DNA of 54,846 bases from a virus (taxonomy: Duplodnaviria; Caudoviricetes): IMG/VR virus record IMGVR_UViG_3300044667_000164, positions 1-54,846 of that record. One strand, 5' to 3'. Below, in pieces: positions 16,776-24,943 of the stretch. How positions within the stretch are numbered: the first letter of the stretch is position 1; every line of letters starts with the position of its first letter. Both the position numbers and the translations under genes were made by a program. Below the pieces are notes generated by a model. The model saw only the letters and a program-made list of their open reading frames with translations, had not been told where the DNA came from and searched no databases.

Positions 16776-18668
16776 TTACTTGCTCGGGAAGTTGTGGTCG
16801 CCGGAATAATACTGGTTGACGCCATCGGCGGCGGCGGCGCCGGTTGCAAAGGTGTAGTACGACTGCAGCACGTCGCTCATCGCCTGCGCCAGGGTGCGGC
16901 CGTCGATGTTGAGCGAGAGCGAGATCGGCGGCATCGCGCCGGCCGCAAGCGCACGGGTCACATCGCCGGCCTTCTGGACACTGGCGTCCTTGGAATCGAG
17001 CTTCGCCGCCTGCTCGCGGTAATACTGCTCGGCAACGCCGTAGACGCCGCCCGCGACGCCGCCGATGATGGCGCCGCCAGCCATGCCGACCGGACCGCCA
17101 AATGCGCCGATCGCAGCCCCGCCCGCGACGCCGGCCAGCGTCCCTTCCATCACCCGCGCCCCGACCTGACCGGTCTTCGCGCCCGGCAGGATGTCGCGGA
17201 TGCTTTCCAGCAGGCCCTTGAAGTCGTGTAGCGCGGAATTGACCGACGGCAGCACGGTCTTGCCGATCTCCATCATGGTGATGTTGAAATCGGCCATCGC
17301 CGTGCGCGCCTGCTGCACGGTCGAGCCCTGCTGGTAAGCCTCGACGAAGCCGCCATAGCGGTTCTTGAACTCTGGTGAGTTCATCTCGGCCGACAGCGCC
17401 TTGATCTGCTCGCGCACCGCGGGATCGGTCAGCAGCGCAAGACCGCCCGAGCCTTGCGCGCCGAACAGCTTGCGTTCGACGCCGGCGCGCTCCGACAATG
17501 GGATCATCTTGTCGAGATTGCTGCCGGCAATCTCCAATAGCTTGAAGATATCCGGCCGGCCGCCGGTAAACCACAACGGCTTGTCGTTCTGGTCGAGCAG
17601 CCCGAGCCGGCGCAACAGTTCGTCGTGATGCTCGGCCTTCTTCTCGCTCTCGAAGATTGCAGTGCCCGGCATCGCCCGCAGCGCCATTTCGCGGAGCCAC
17701 GTGCCGGACTTGGTCGAGGTCGCGCCGGCCCGCGTCAGCGCCGTGCCGAGCAGCAGCGACTGCATCGGATCAATCTCGAGCGAGGACTGCAGGATCGGCA
17801 CGGCATAGCCTGCCGCGCGCTCGATCGACGACAGCGAGGACGGGTTCGCGGTCGACAGAAACGCGAACGCCGGCGCAAGCTTCTTGATCGCCTCCGGATC
17901 GTACTGCTTGGTCATGTGGGCGAGGCCGATCAGGGCCTTCATCGATTCTTCCGGGCTCGAGCCCTTCAGGCGCGCCTCGATGGTGGCAGCCCGCAGCATC
18001 TCCGGCAGCACGTCGAGCCCGCCGCCCGGCGTGCCCTGGAACATGCGGATTTCCTGCTTGGCGGATTCGGCGATGTCGTGCAGCGAGTAACCGGACTCGC
18101 CCATCGCGTCCTGCAGGATCTTCCGAAACCGCCCGCGGTTGGAATCGTTCTGCTGCAGCCCGGAATGGTAGATCAGCTGGAAGACCGCGTCCTCCATCTC
18201 CGCGGCCTGATAGACGCCATAGCCGAGCAGGCCGGCGCCGGCGATCGCACCACCGCCGAGGCGCAGATGCGAGCCGCCCGGAATTGGCAGGCCGGTATAC
18301 AGATGCGCATTGGGTCCCGACGGCATGAAGCCCGGCGCATGCCGCCCACCGCCACCACGGCCGCCACCGACGCCGCCATTGACGAGAGCCGGTGACGGCA
18401 GCCGTGCCCGTGCGCTGGCCTGACCGAGTGCGAGCCGCGCGGCCGACGCGTTCTTCGCGACATTGCCCCAGGCGGTGGCGAGCGCCTCGGTCTCGCCGAT
18501 CGCCGCCGGCAGGCCCGGCGTGAGGCCCTTGCCGAGCAGCGCGAGGTTGCCGCGCGCCTTCTCGATCATCGCGTTGAGCTCGCGGATCTGCTTCAAGATC
18601 CGCGTCAGCGTCGGCGACGCCTCGTTGATGATTTTGAAGACGGCGCCGACTTCAAAGGCGGTGATCAT
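16776..18668 (-). CDS. Tail tape measure protein
   Basis: 630-aa helical Ala/Gly-rich protein in the canonical position; AGATSTKSGTWLR core. Confidence 0.85.
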   Translation of the reverse strand: MITAFEVGAVFKIINEASPTLTRILKQIRELNAMIEKARGNLALLGKGLTPGLPAAIGETEALATAWGNVAKNASAARLALGQASARARLPSPALVNGGVGGGRGGGGRHAPGFMPSGPNAHLYTGLPIPGGSHLRLGGGAIAGAGLLGYGVYQAAEMEDAVFQLIYHSGLQQNDSNRGRFRKILQDAMGESGYSLHDIAESAKQEIRMFQGTPGGGLDVLPEMLRAATIEARLKGSSPEESMKALIGLAHMTKQYDPEAIKKLAPAFAFLSTANPSSLSSIERAAGYAVPILQSSLEIDPMQSLLLGTALTRAGATSTKSGTWLREMALRAMPGTAIFESEKKAEHHDELLRRLGLLDQNDKPLWFTGGRPDIFKLLEIAGSNLDKMIPLSERAGVERKLFGAQGSGGLALLTDPAVREQIKALSAEMNSPEFKNRYGGFVEAYQQGSTVQQARTAMADFNITMMEIGKTVLPSVNSALHDFKGLLESIRDILPGAKTGQVGARVMEGTLAGVAGGAAIGAFGGPVGMAGGAIIGGVAGGVYGVAEQYYREQAAKLDSKDASVQKAGDVTRALAAGAMPPISLSLNIDGRTLAQAMSDVLQSYYTFATGAAAADGVNQYYSGDHNFPSK

Positions 18669-18676
18669 CGCGCCTC

Positions 18677-19120
18677 CTATTTCAACGCCGGCGGCTGGCC
18701 GCTGAGCAGCGCGACCGCGACATGACCGAACACGTCAGCGGCATAGGGCAGCGCGTTCTGCATCGCCTTGGTGACGACGGGACGTGGCGGCATCCGCGAG
18801 GTGCCCATCTCCTGGTACAGCGCCTTTTTTTCCGGCGAGCCGACCACGACAGCGAGTTCGCTCGCCACCAGTTCCTTGGCGTAGGATTCCGCCATCTCCC
18901 CGGTCCGCCTCAACGGGGACGGCACCGGAAACCCCTGCGCTTCCTTGTCGCGCAACGTGGATTCCGCAAGCGGCGCCCAGCCCGGCTGGTATTCGCCCGG
19001 ATAGTGCGCGGCGAGCGTCTGAGCGAGCGTGCCGACCTTGTCGAGGCCGATCTCGAGCCGCGGCACCACCTCGCGCAAGGAGCGCGACAGCACGGCCTCG
19101 AGTTCTGTCAGCGTCATCAT
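18677..19120 (-). CDS. HK97 gp10-like/virion morphogenesis protein
   Basis: WAPLAEST, PLRRTG, YQEMGTSRMPPRP. Confidence 0.8.
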   Translation of the reverse strand: MMTLTELEAVLSRSLREVVPRLEIGLDKVGTLAQTLAAHYPGEYQPGWAPLAESTLRDKEAQGFPVPSPLRRTGEMAESYAKELVASELAVVVGSPEKKALYQEMGTSRMPPRPVVTKAMQNALPYAADVFGHVAVALLSGQPPALK

Positions 19121-19286
19121 GATCGCTTGACCCAGGTCATCTTGTCCCAGTCGAACACGTTGCCGCCGTCGTTCTCGCCGCGGGCGATGATCCAGGCGAG
19201 CACGAAATCATCCGGCGCCGAAAACGCCACGTCGAACGGAAGATCGCCACAGGCCGCGACCCGCAACTTGAATGCGGGCCGCTGGC

Positions 19287-19646
19287 TCAGTTTTTTGCGG
19301 CTTCGAGCTCCGCCTTGTCGTCGGGAGTGAGCTTCTTCAGCGCTTCGCCGGCGGCCGCAATGCCGTGAAAGTCGAGTTGCTGGATCACGAACTCGATGTC
19401 GCGTTCGGAACTGGGGAACGCGATCGGGGTTGCGTCGATCCGGATGACCGCCGAGACCAGGGTGGCCAGGTCCATCGTCACGGCATTGCCGGCGGACGCT
19501 CCCAGCACCTTGCTCAGGCGATAGAATTCCAGCGCGTTCAGCCGCTTGACGCGGATGACGCGCCCGGTCGAATCAGTCGCGATGGCCTCGTTAACCGTGT
19601 TGGCAACCATCTCGGTGGCAGTTTCTGCCGGTTTCGCCTCGCTCAT
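19287..19646 (-). CDS. Tail assembly chaperone (gpG-like); -1 frameshift product extends to 19117
   Basis: ATG at 19646 with AGGA RBS; ends GCA AAA AAC TGA (A_AAA_AAC slippery heptamer); -1 frame encodes LPFDVAFS...LAWIIARGE..G..FDWDKMTW. Confidence 0.85.
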   Translation of the reverse strand: MSEAKPAETATEMVANTVNEAIATDSTGRVIRVKRLNALEFYRLSKVLGASAGNAVTMDLATLVSAVIRIDATPIAFPSSERDIEFVIQQLDFHGIAAAGEALKKLTPDDKAELEAAKN

Positions 19647-19687
19647 ATCGGTCCTATACTGGTCGCCGCTTCGAGGGTGACCTGACA

Positions 19688-20200
19688 ATGGCAACATTCA
19701 TCTACGTGATTTCCGGCGAGCACGGCCGCCAGAAGATCGGTGTCACCGACAACCCGCGCGGCCGGCTCGGCAACCTGCAGACCGGCTCGCCCTACCCGTT
19801 GTCGTTCGCGTTCGTCGGGGCGACCGACGACGATGCCGCCGGTGCCATCGAGGTCGAGGCGCATTTCATGCTGAGCGCGCACCGCGCTTCCGGTGAGTGG
19901 TTCGTGGTGCCGCCGGATGTCGCGATCACCGCGGTGATGGCCGCGGCGCACCGGCTCGGCTATCGGCTGACGCCGGTCGACCCGAACGCCGCGATGGCGC
20001 CACGCGTCTCTCTCGTCCGCGCGCCGCTGCCGCCGTGGGCCGGCTGGACCGCGCTTGCGCTGGCACTCGCTGTGTTCTTCGCGATCCTTGCCGGCACCGA
20101 TCATGTCCTGACGGCGCTGATCGGCGAACTCTTGTCGCTCGCCTTGATCCTGCCGCTGATGCGGCGCGTCGCGGCCTTCACCGGCGACGCCTTGAGCTAA
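19688..20200 (+). CDS. GIY-YIG (T5orf172/MUG113-like) nuclease with two C-terminal TM helices
   Basis: FIYVI, KIGVTDNPRGRLGNLQTGSP, E..AH..L...R..GEWF; two hydrophobic segments. Confidence 0.85.
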   Translation: MATFIYVISGEHGRQKIGVTDNPRGRLGNLQTGSPYPLSFAFVGATDDDAAGAIEVEAHFMLSAHRASGEWFVVPPDVAITAVMAAAHRLGYRLTPVDPNAAMAPRVSLVRAPLPPWAGWTALALALAVFFAILAGTDHVLTALIGELLSLALILPLMRRVAAFTGDALS

Positions 20201-20958
20201 GGCACCATCGTCTGCGGATCGAACGTCGCTTCGGCCGCGCTCGGATGGCTCCCCGCGAACGCCGCCTTGCGGCGGGCTACTTCGCGGCCCCAGCCCGCTT
20301 CAAAACTCTCGTGCGACTGTGGCCCATGCATCCCCGGATAGGGATTGCCGCCGACATTGGTCATGGCGCCGCGGGTATAGAAGCCGAGTCCCTGCTGATG
20401 CATCATGTAGAGCTCGGCGTCGGTCGGATCGCGCCCGTAATGCCGTTTGAACTGGGCGCGGTTGGCCTCGAACATCCGCGCCGCGGCGAACGCGTTGTCG
20501 CGCGCCGCATAGATGTTGCCGCCGGCGCCGAACCGCTCCCACTCGCTGCGGCCGATCTGGTAGAGCCCCTTGTACTGGGTGGACCGGTGCGCGTTCGAGG
20601 ACGGATTCATGCCGCTCTCGATCGAGGCGATCGCGCGCATCGTGTTCGGATCGAGATGATGCGCCCGCGCCGCGTCCACGACCGCCTGGTCGACCTCGGC
20701 CGAGCCCTGGCGCACGGGGCGGCCACCGCTGCCGGTGTAAATCTCGCCGCGTGGCGCGTGGCCAGACGACGCGCCCGGCGCCGGCGCATGGTGACGGATG
20801 CGCGGCGACCCCATCTCGCCCGCTTCGCGCTCGGACGCGCGGCCTTGCGGAACGTAACCGTCGAGGTCTGGCATGACCGGATCGAGCACTGCCTCGCCTT
20901 GCGTCCACGACACGACGCCAACGGGGCGGCCGTCGACGGTGATGACGCCGATCTGCAT
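20197..20958 (-). CDS. Lytic transglycosylase (SLT-like)
   Basis: AIASIESGMNP, YKGLYQI, ELYMMHQQG; likely ATG at 20958. Confidence 0.85.
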   Translation of the reverse strand: MQIGVITVDGRPVGVVSWTQGEAVLDPVMPDLDGYVPQGRASEREAGEMGSPRIRHHAPAPGASSGHAPRGEIYTGSGGRPVRQGSAEVDQAVVDAARAHHLDPNTMRAIASIESGMNPSSNAHRSTQYKGLYQIGRSEWERFGAGGNIYAARDNAFAAARMFEANRAQFKRHYGRDPTDAELYMMHQQGLGFYTRGAMTNVGGNPYPGMHGPQSHESFEAGWGREVARRKAAFAGSHPSAAEATFDPQTMVP

Positions 20959-20968
20959 GACTATGATT

Positions 20969-21406
20969 TTACGCGATCTGGACCTTGCTGCTGGCGTAGC
21001 CTTCGAGCGCGAGCGTGACCACGGCATCGCGCGCGATCTTGCCGTGGTCGGTCAGGAAGATCACCATCTTGGTGTACTGGTACCGGCGGATCGAACCGTC
21101 GGGGTTGACGATGGTCTGCTGCAGAAAGCCGGGCTTCTGCACCTTGCCCTGGTTGAAGTTCTGCGCCGCCGCCACCATGAAATCTTCGAGGTCGCTGCCG
21201 GTGCGCGTGATGGTGAAGTCGATCTTGAAGCCGTCCGCCACATAGCCGTAGCGCGGATCGTCATTGTAGGGCATCGACTTGATGTCGTGCTTCAAGGCCA
21301 CGATGTTGACGTTCTGCACATCGCCGAGATTGAGCAGCGCGCCCGACGTGCCGTCGAAGTAGTTGAGCGAATAGTCGACGCCGACATTCATGCCGTTAAC
21401 GGGCAT
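20969..21406 (-). CDS. Tail tube protein
   Basis: 145 aa immediately after the sheath; MPVNGMNVG.DYS, NPDGS.RRYQY. Confidence 0.75.
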   Translation of the reverse strand: MPVNGMNVGVDYSLNYFDGTSGALLNLGDVQNVNIVALKHDIKSMPYNDDPRYGYVADGFKIDFTITRTGSDLEDFMVAAAQNFNQGKVQKPGFLQQTIVNPDGSIRRYQYTKMVIFLTDHGKIARDAVVTLALEGYASSKVQIA

Positions 21407-21447
21407 CGCGGTCTCCTCAATCGATGAAGGATGGTGATGTCAGGTCG

Positions 21448-23400
21448 TCAGATCGACGAGTTCACGGCTTGCGCGAACTGGGTCGGACTCGGCACCGTGT
21501 TCTGCACCGAGACCGTGACATTGCCGCCGCCCTGGAACTTGACCACGAAATACCGGATCACGTTCAGGTAACGGACCTGCCAATAGAGGAAGAGGTAACC
21601 CAGCGCCTGCAGGTTCGGCGGGTTGTTGGTGAGATCGCATTGCACGAGCCACGGCGTGTCGATCATGCCCTGGCCGTTGATACCGAGACCGACCTGCGGC
21701 GAAGCAAGCTGCGCCGAGAAGCCATCGAACAGCGCCTTCGCCTTCGCGCGGGTCTGATCGTTCGGCTGAATCGACTGCAGCTGGCCGATCAGCAAACCGG
21801 CCGCCTTGGACTGCGCGGCGCGGATCAGAAAGTTCGTCATCCGCGTGTATTCGATGCCGTTCGCCGCCGTGTTGGACGACGTGTTGCGGCCGGTTGCAAA
21901 CGAGAAGTAGTAGCCGCCCGGCGACTGCTGCGGGCCGAGAATGACGTCGATGCCGCCCTGGTTGATCAGCGACAATTCGGCGTCGGAATAGGTCTGGCCG
22001 AGTGTGGTGCGCTGGGTCGCAGAGATCCCCTGCAAGGGCTTGTTCAACGGCGACTGCTGCGGCGACAGGTTGCCGAGGATGCCGATCTGGTAGGCACTCG
22101 GATTGATCAGCCGCGACACGCCGTTGTAGCTGTCATAGAACGTCGGCCAGTCGCCGAGCGCCAGCCACCCCCACGGTGAATCGCTTGCCGAGTTGATTCG
22201 GGTCGCGAGCGCATTCGCGATGGTGTCGCCCGATACCGTCGCAAAGCACGGCGTCATGGCTTCCGACAGGCCGAACGAGATGATCGCGGCGTTGTTCGCG
22301 GCGTTCGACAGATCGCACAGGGTAAAGCCGTCGCAGCGCGAGTTGCGCAGGACGTACAGGCCCTTGCGCGGCACGATGTCCTGCCCCATCAGCGTCGCGT
22401 CGGTGACGCCCGAAGCGCCGTCGGTGCCGCCACTCAGCGTCACCGGGCTCGACAGCGTCGGCACCGCGGTCGAGGTCAGCGCGGTCGCCACCACGACCTG
22501 CGAGGACGCATGGAATGCGTTGCCGTTGTTGATGACATTGGCGAGGTTGGTCCAGAACACCTGCCAGGTGCCGCTTCCGCCGGAAAGCGTCGCGCCCGAC
22601 AGCGTGATCGCGGTCGACGATTTCGCGAGCGTCAGGGCGTTGCCGGCGGAGCCGGCCTGCGCGCCGGCATTGACGGTCTGGTTCGCGGCGATCGTCAGCA
22701 CCGAGCCGAACAGGCTGTAGGAGCATTTGACGAGACCGGTATCCGCGCTGGTCGTCAGCAGCGTCATCAGGTTCGCAAGCGTGGCGGCAAGCGTCGCGCC
22801 GATATTGACCTGCAACCCGGTGGCGCCGGAAGCAACGAAGGTGACCGCCGAGCCCGCAATCGTCAGCGTGTCATTCGCGCTCGGATTGGCAGAGAACGTC
22901 GCGGTGCCCTGTGCCGGGATCGGCCCCAGCACGTTGTTGAACTGCTCCGGCACGAGCCCCGGGAACGCGACCACGCCCATATAGGAATTGGCCTGGCTGC
23001 CGTTCTGGATCGAAAACTTGATCTGGTTACCGAGCGTGCCGGAATATTTGCCGGTCAGCGTCAGCGCGCTCTGGATGGTCGCGCTCGCCGCAAGATCGGT
23101 GCCGTCCGACACCCGCACGCAGTAGAAGCCGATCGCGCCGCCGACCTGGCTCGCGGCCGACACGTAGGACGACATGTCGTAGGTGCGGATGACAGGCGGG
23201 CCGATATTGATCGCAGCGTCCGACGGCTTCGAGATCGGAATCAACGCATTGAGCGGCCCCCAGCTCGCGACACCGACCAGTCCCTCGATGTTGGTCGGCG
23301 TGCCGAGCAGGATCGGAGTCGGCAGTATGACATCGCCATAGACCCCCGCCACGGTGAGCGCGGCAAGGTTCTGTTGACCATCCAGAAAGACCGACGGCAT
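21448..23400 (-). CDS. Tail sheath protein
   Basis: [30 protein letters not shown]; internal insertion domain. Confidence 0.88.
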   Translation of the reverse strand: MPSVFLDGQQNLAALTVAGVYGDVILPTPILLGTPTNIEGLVGVASWGPLNALIPISKPSDAAINIGPPVIRTYDMSSYVSAASQVGGAIGFYCVRVSDGTDLAASATIQSALTLTGKYSGTLGNQIKFSIQNGSQANSYMGVVAFPGLVPEQFNNVLGPIPAQGTATFSANPSANDTLTIAGSAVTFVASGATGLQVNIGATLAATLANLMTLLTTSADTGLVKCSYSLFGSVLTIAANQTVNAGAQAGSAGNALTLAKSSTAITLSGATLSGGSGTWQVFWTNLANVINNGNAFHASSQVVVATALTSTAVPTLSSPVTLSGGTDGASGVTDATLMGQDIVPRKGLYVLRNSRCDGFTLCDLSNAANNAAIISFGLSEAMTPCFATVSGDTIANALATRINSASDSPWGWLALGDWPTFYDSYNGVSRLINPSAYQIGILGNLSPQQSPLNKPLQGISATQRTTLGQTYSDAELSLINQGGIDVILGPQQSPGGYYFSFATGRNTSSNTAANGIEYTRMTNFLIRAAQSKAAGLLIGQLQSIQPNDQTRAKAKALFDGFSAQLASPQVGLGINGQGMIDTPWLVQCDLTNNPPNLQALGYLFLYWQVRYLNVIRYFVVKFQGGGNVTVSVQNTVPSPTQFAQAVNSSI

Positions 23401-23435
23401 GGGCTTCTCGCTCCAGGTGGGGAATCAACGTTCTG

Positions 23436-23468
23436 GCCTGCGCCAATTGGCGCAGGCGAAGGCTGGAT
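23436..23468. repeat. 22-bp palindrome copy 2 plus 11-bp extension GAAGGCTGGAT shared (inverted) with copy 3
   Basis: Direct sequence match to 44381-44413. Confidence 0.95.
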
Positions 23469-23494
23469 CGCAGGCTTTCGCGGTGGTGCAGCCG

Positions 23495-23662
23495 TCAGGC
23501 GTCGTGCTGCGCGTCCTGCTTTGGCGCCTCGTCCGGCGCCGCGATCCGCACGAAATGATGGTCGCGATTGACCAGCAAGGCTTTGACCTCATCGGCATCT
23601 GTGACCAGCTGGCCCTTCTCATAGGCGCCGAACGGATGCACGCAGATCAGGTGATAGGGCAT
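23495..23662 (-). CDS. Small 55-aa protein upstream of the sheath (not in ORF track)
   Basis: GAGG RBS; MPYHLICVHPFGAYEKGQLVTDADEVKALL... Confidence 0.65.
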   Translation of the reverse strand: MPYHLICVHPFGAYEKGQLVTDADEVKALLVNRDHHFVRIAAPDEAPKQDAQHDA

Positions 23663-23682
23663 GAGGCCACCTCTCGTTGTCC

Positions 23683-24558
23683 TTAAGCGATCGCGATAGC
23701 ACGGGTCGCGTTGGTCTGATCGAGGATCGACGTTTCGGTCGCAGTGATGACGTAGCCGGTGAACTGCTCAACGGTCGCGTACTCGACGTCGTAGACGAGA
23801 TCGCGCCGATAGATCGTCTGGCTCTGCTGCTCGTCGAGCACGTTGGTGCGGCTATAGATGACGAGCGCCTGCGAGGTGTCCGGCATCGCGACCTTGGTGG
23901 TCTGTTTCAGCGCGTTGTCGATTGCGGCCGCAAGCGCAGAGCGCACGCTGTGGGTCGGCGCCCACACCGTCACCATCACCGCATGCTTCTGGCGATGGGT
24001 GACCTTGCCGAGGACTGCGGTCGCGCCCTGCCGGACCACGAGATACGCCTGCGCCGGGATCGTCAGCGTCGTCGCGTCCGATGTCGCCGACGGATAGTCG
24101 CCCTGGGCTTGCGCAGCGAGCGCCGCGAGCAGCGCCTGCGTGGTCGCGCCGGACGCGGAATAGACATGCGCGTTGTCGGCGACGACCGTCAGATACTCGC
24201 CGGCGAGCGGCTGGCCGGTGATGGTGACGACGTTGCCTGCGAGTGAGAACGCGAGCCCGTAAGCCGGCGGCGTGATGGTGTAGGTTTCGTCGAGGATCTG
24301 ATAGACCGCAACGCCCGTGCCGTGCAGCGGAAACACCGAGACATTGGCGACGACCCCGCCCGGCCGCGCCACCGGTTTCGGCGGCGTCCCCGCGAGCATC
24401 TGGCCCGCCATGTCGCGGTCGAGCTGGTCCGGATTCGGCCAGCCCTCATAAATCCGGCAATCGACGGCGGCGACCGATGGCTGCGCGGTGCCGTTCGGAT
24501 AAACCGCACTGGCTGCGGCCTGCGCCAGATAGGCGGTGACATCCGACAGATCGGCCAT
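23683..24558 (-). CDS. Tail completion/neck protein
   Basis: MADLSDV...YPNGT...YEGWP; position. Confidence 0.75.
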   Translation of the reverse strand: MADLSDVTAYLAQAAASAVYPNGTAQPSVAAVDCRIYEGWPNPDQLDRDMAGQMLAGTPPKPVARPGGVVANVSVFPLHGTGVAVYQILDETYTITPPAYGLAFSLAGNVVTITGQPLAGEYLTVVADNAHVYSASGATTQALLAALAAQAQGDYPSATSDATTLTIPAQAYLVVRQGATAVLGKVTHRQKHAVMVTVWAPTHSVRSALAAAIDNALKQTTKVAMPDTSQALVIYSRTNVLDEQQSQTIYRRDLVYDVEYATVEQFTGYVITATETSILDQTNATRAIAIA

Positions 24559-24561
24559 GGG

Positions 24562-24939
24562 TCACGCCTCAAGCCGGATGCAGACCAGCGCATAGCCTAA
24601 GATATTCCAGTAGGCCTGGCCGACCTCGTAGCGGTAGCCTTCGTCGTCGACGATGATGTCGCGGTCGCGCACCGCGCCCTTCGGCAAGGCGGACAGCGGG
24701 ATGTAGATGCGCCAGGTCGGCGCGAACACCGCATCCTGCGGCAGCGCGGTGTCGCGCTTGCGCCCGGTCTGCGCCGCCTGGATCGAGGCCGGGATGTTGG
24801 CGTAGAGCACCGTCTCGCCGGCGCTGCCTGAGCCCTGCTCGGCGCCGGAGTAGGCGGCAAGACCGATCGTGTCATCGGCTGTGCCGGCGTTCGATTTGAC
24901 CCGATGCACGGCGACCAGGCGCGCGTAGATCGACACCAT
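24562..24939 (-). CDS. Head-tail adaptor/stopper-like protein
   Basis: Beta-rich; RDRDIIVDDEGYRYEV; position. Confidence 0.7.
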   Translation of the reverse strand: MVSIYARLVAVHRVKSNAGTADDTIGLAAYSGAEQGSGSAGETVLYANIPASIQAAQTGRKRDTALPQDAVFAPTWRIYIPLSALPKGAVRDRDIIVDDEGYRYEVGQAYWNILGYALVCIRLEA

Positions 24940-24943
24940 CGTT

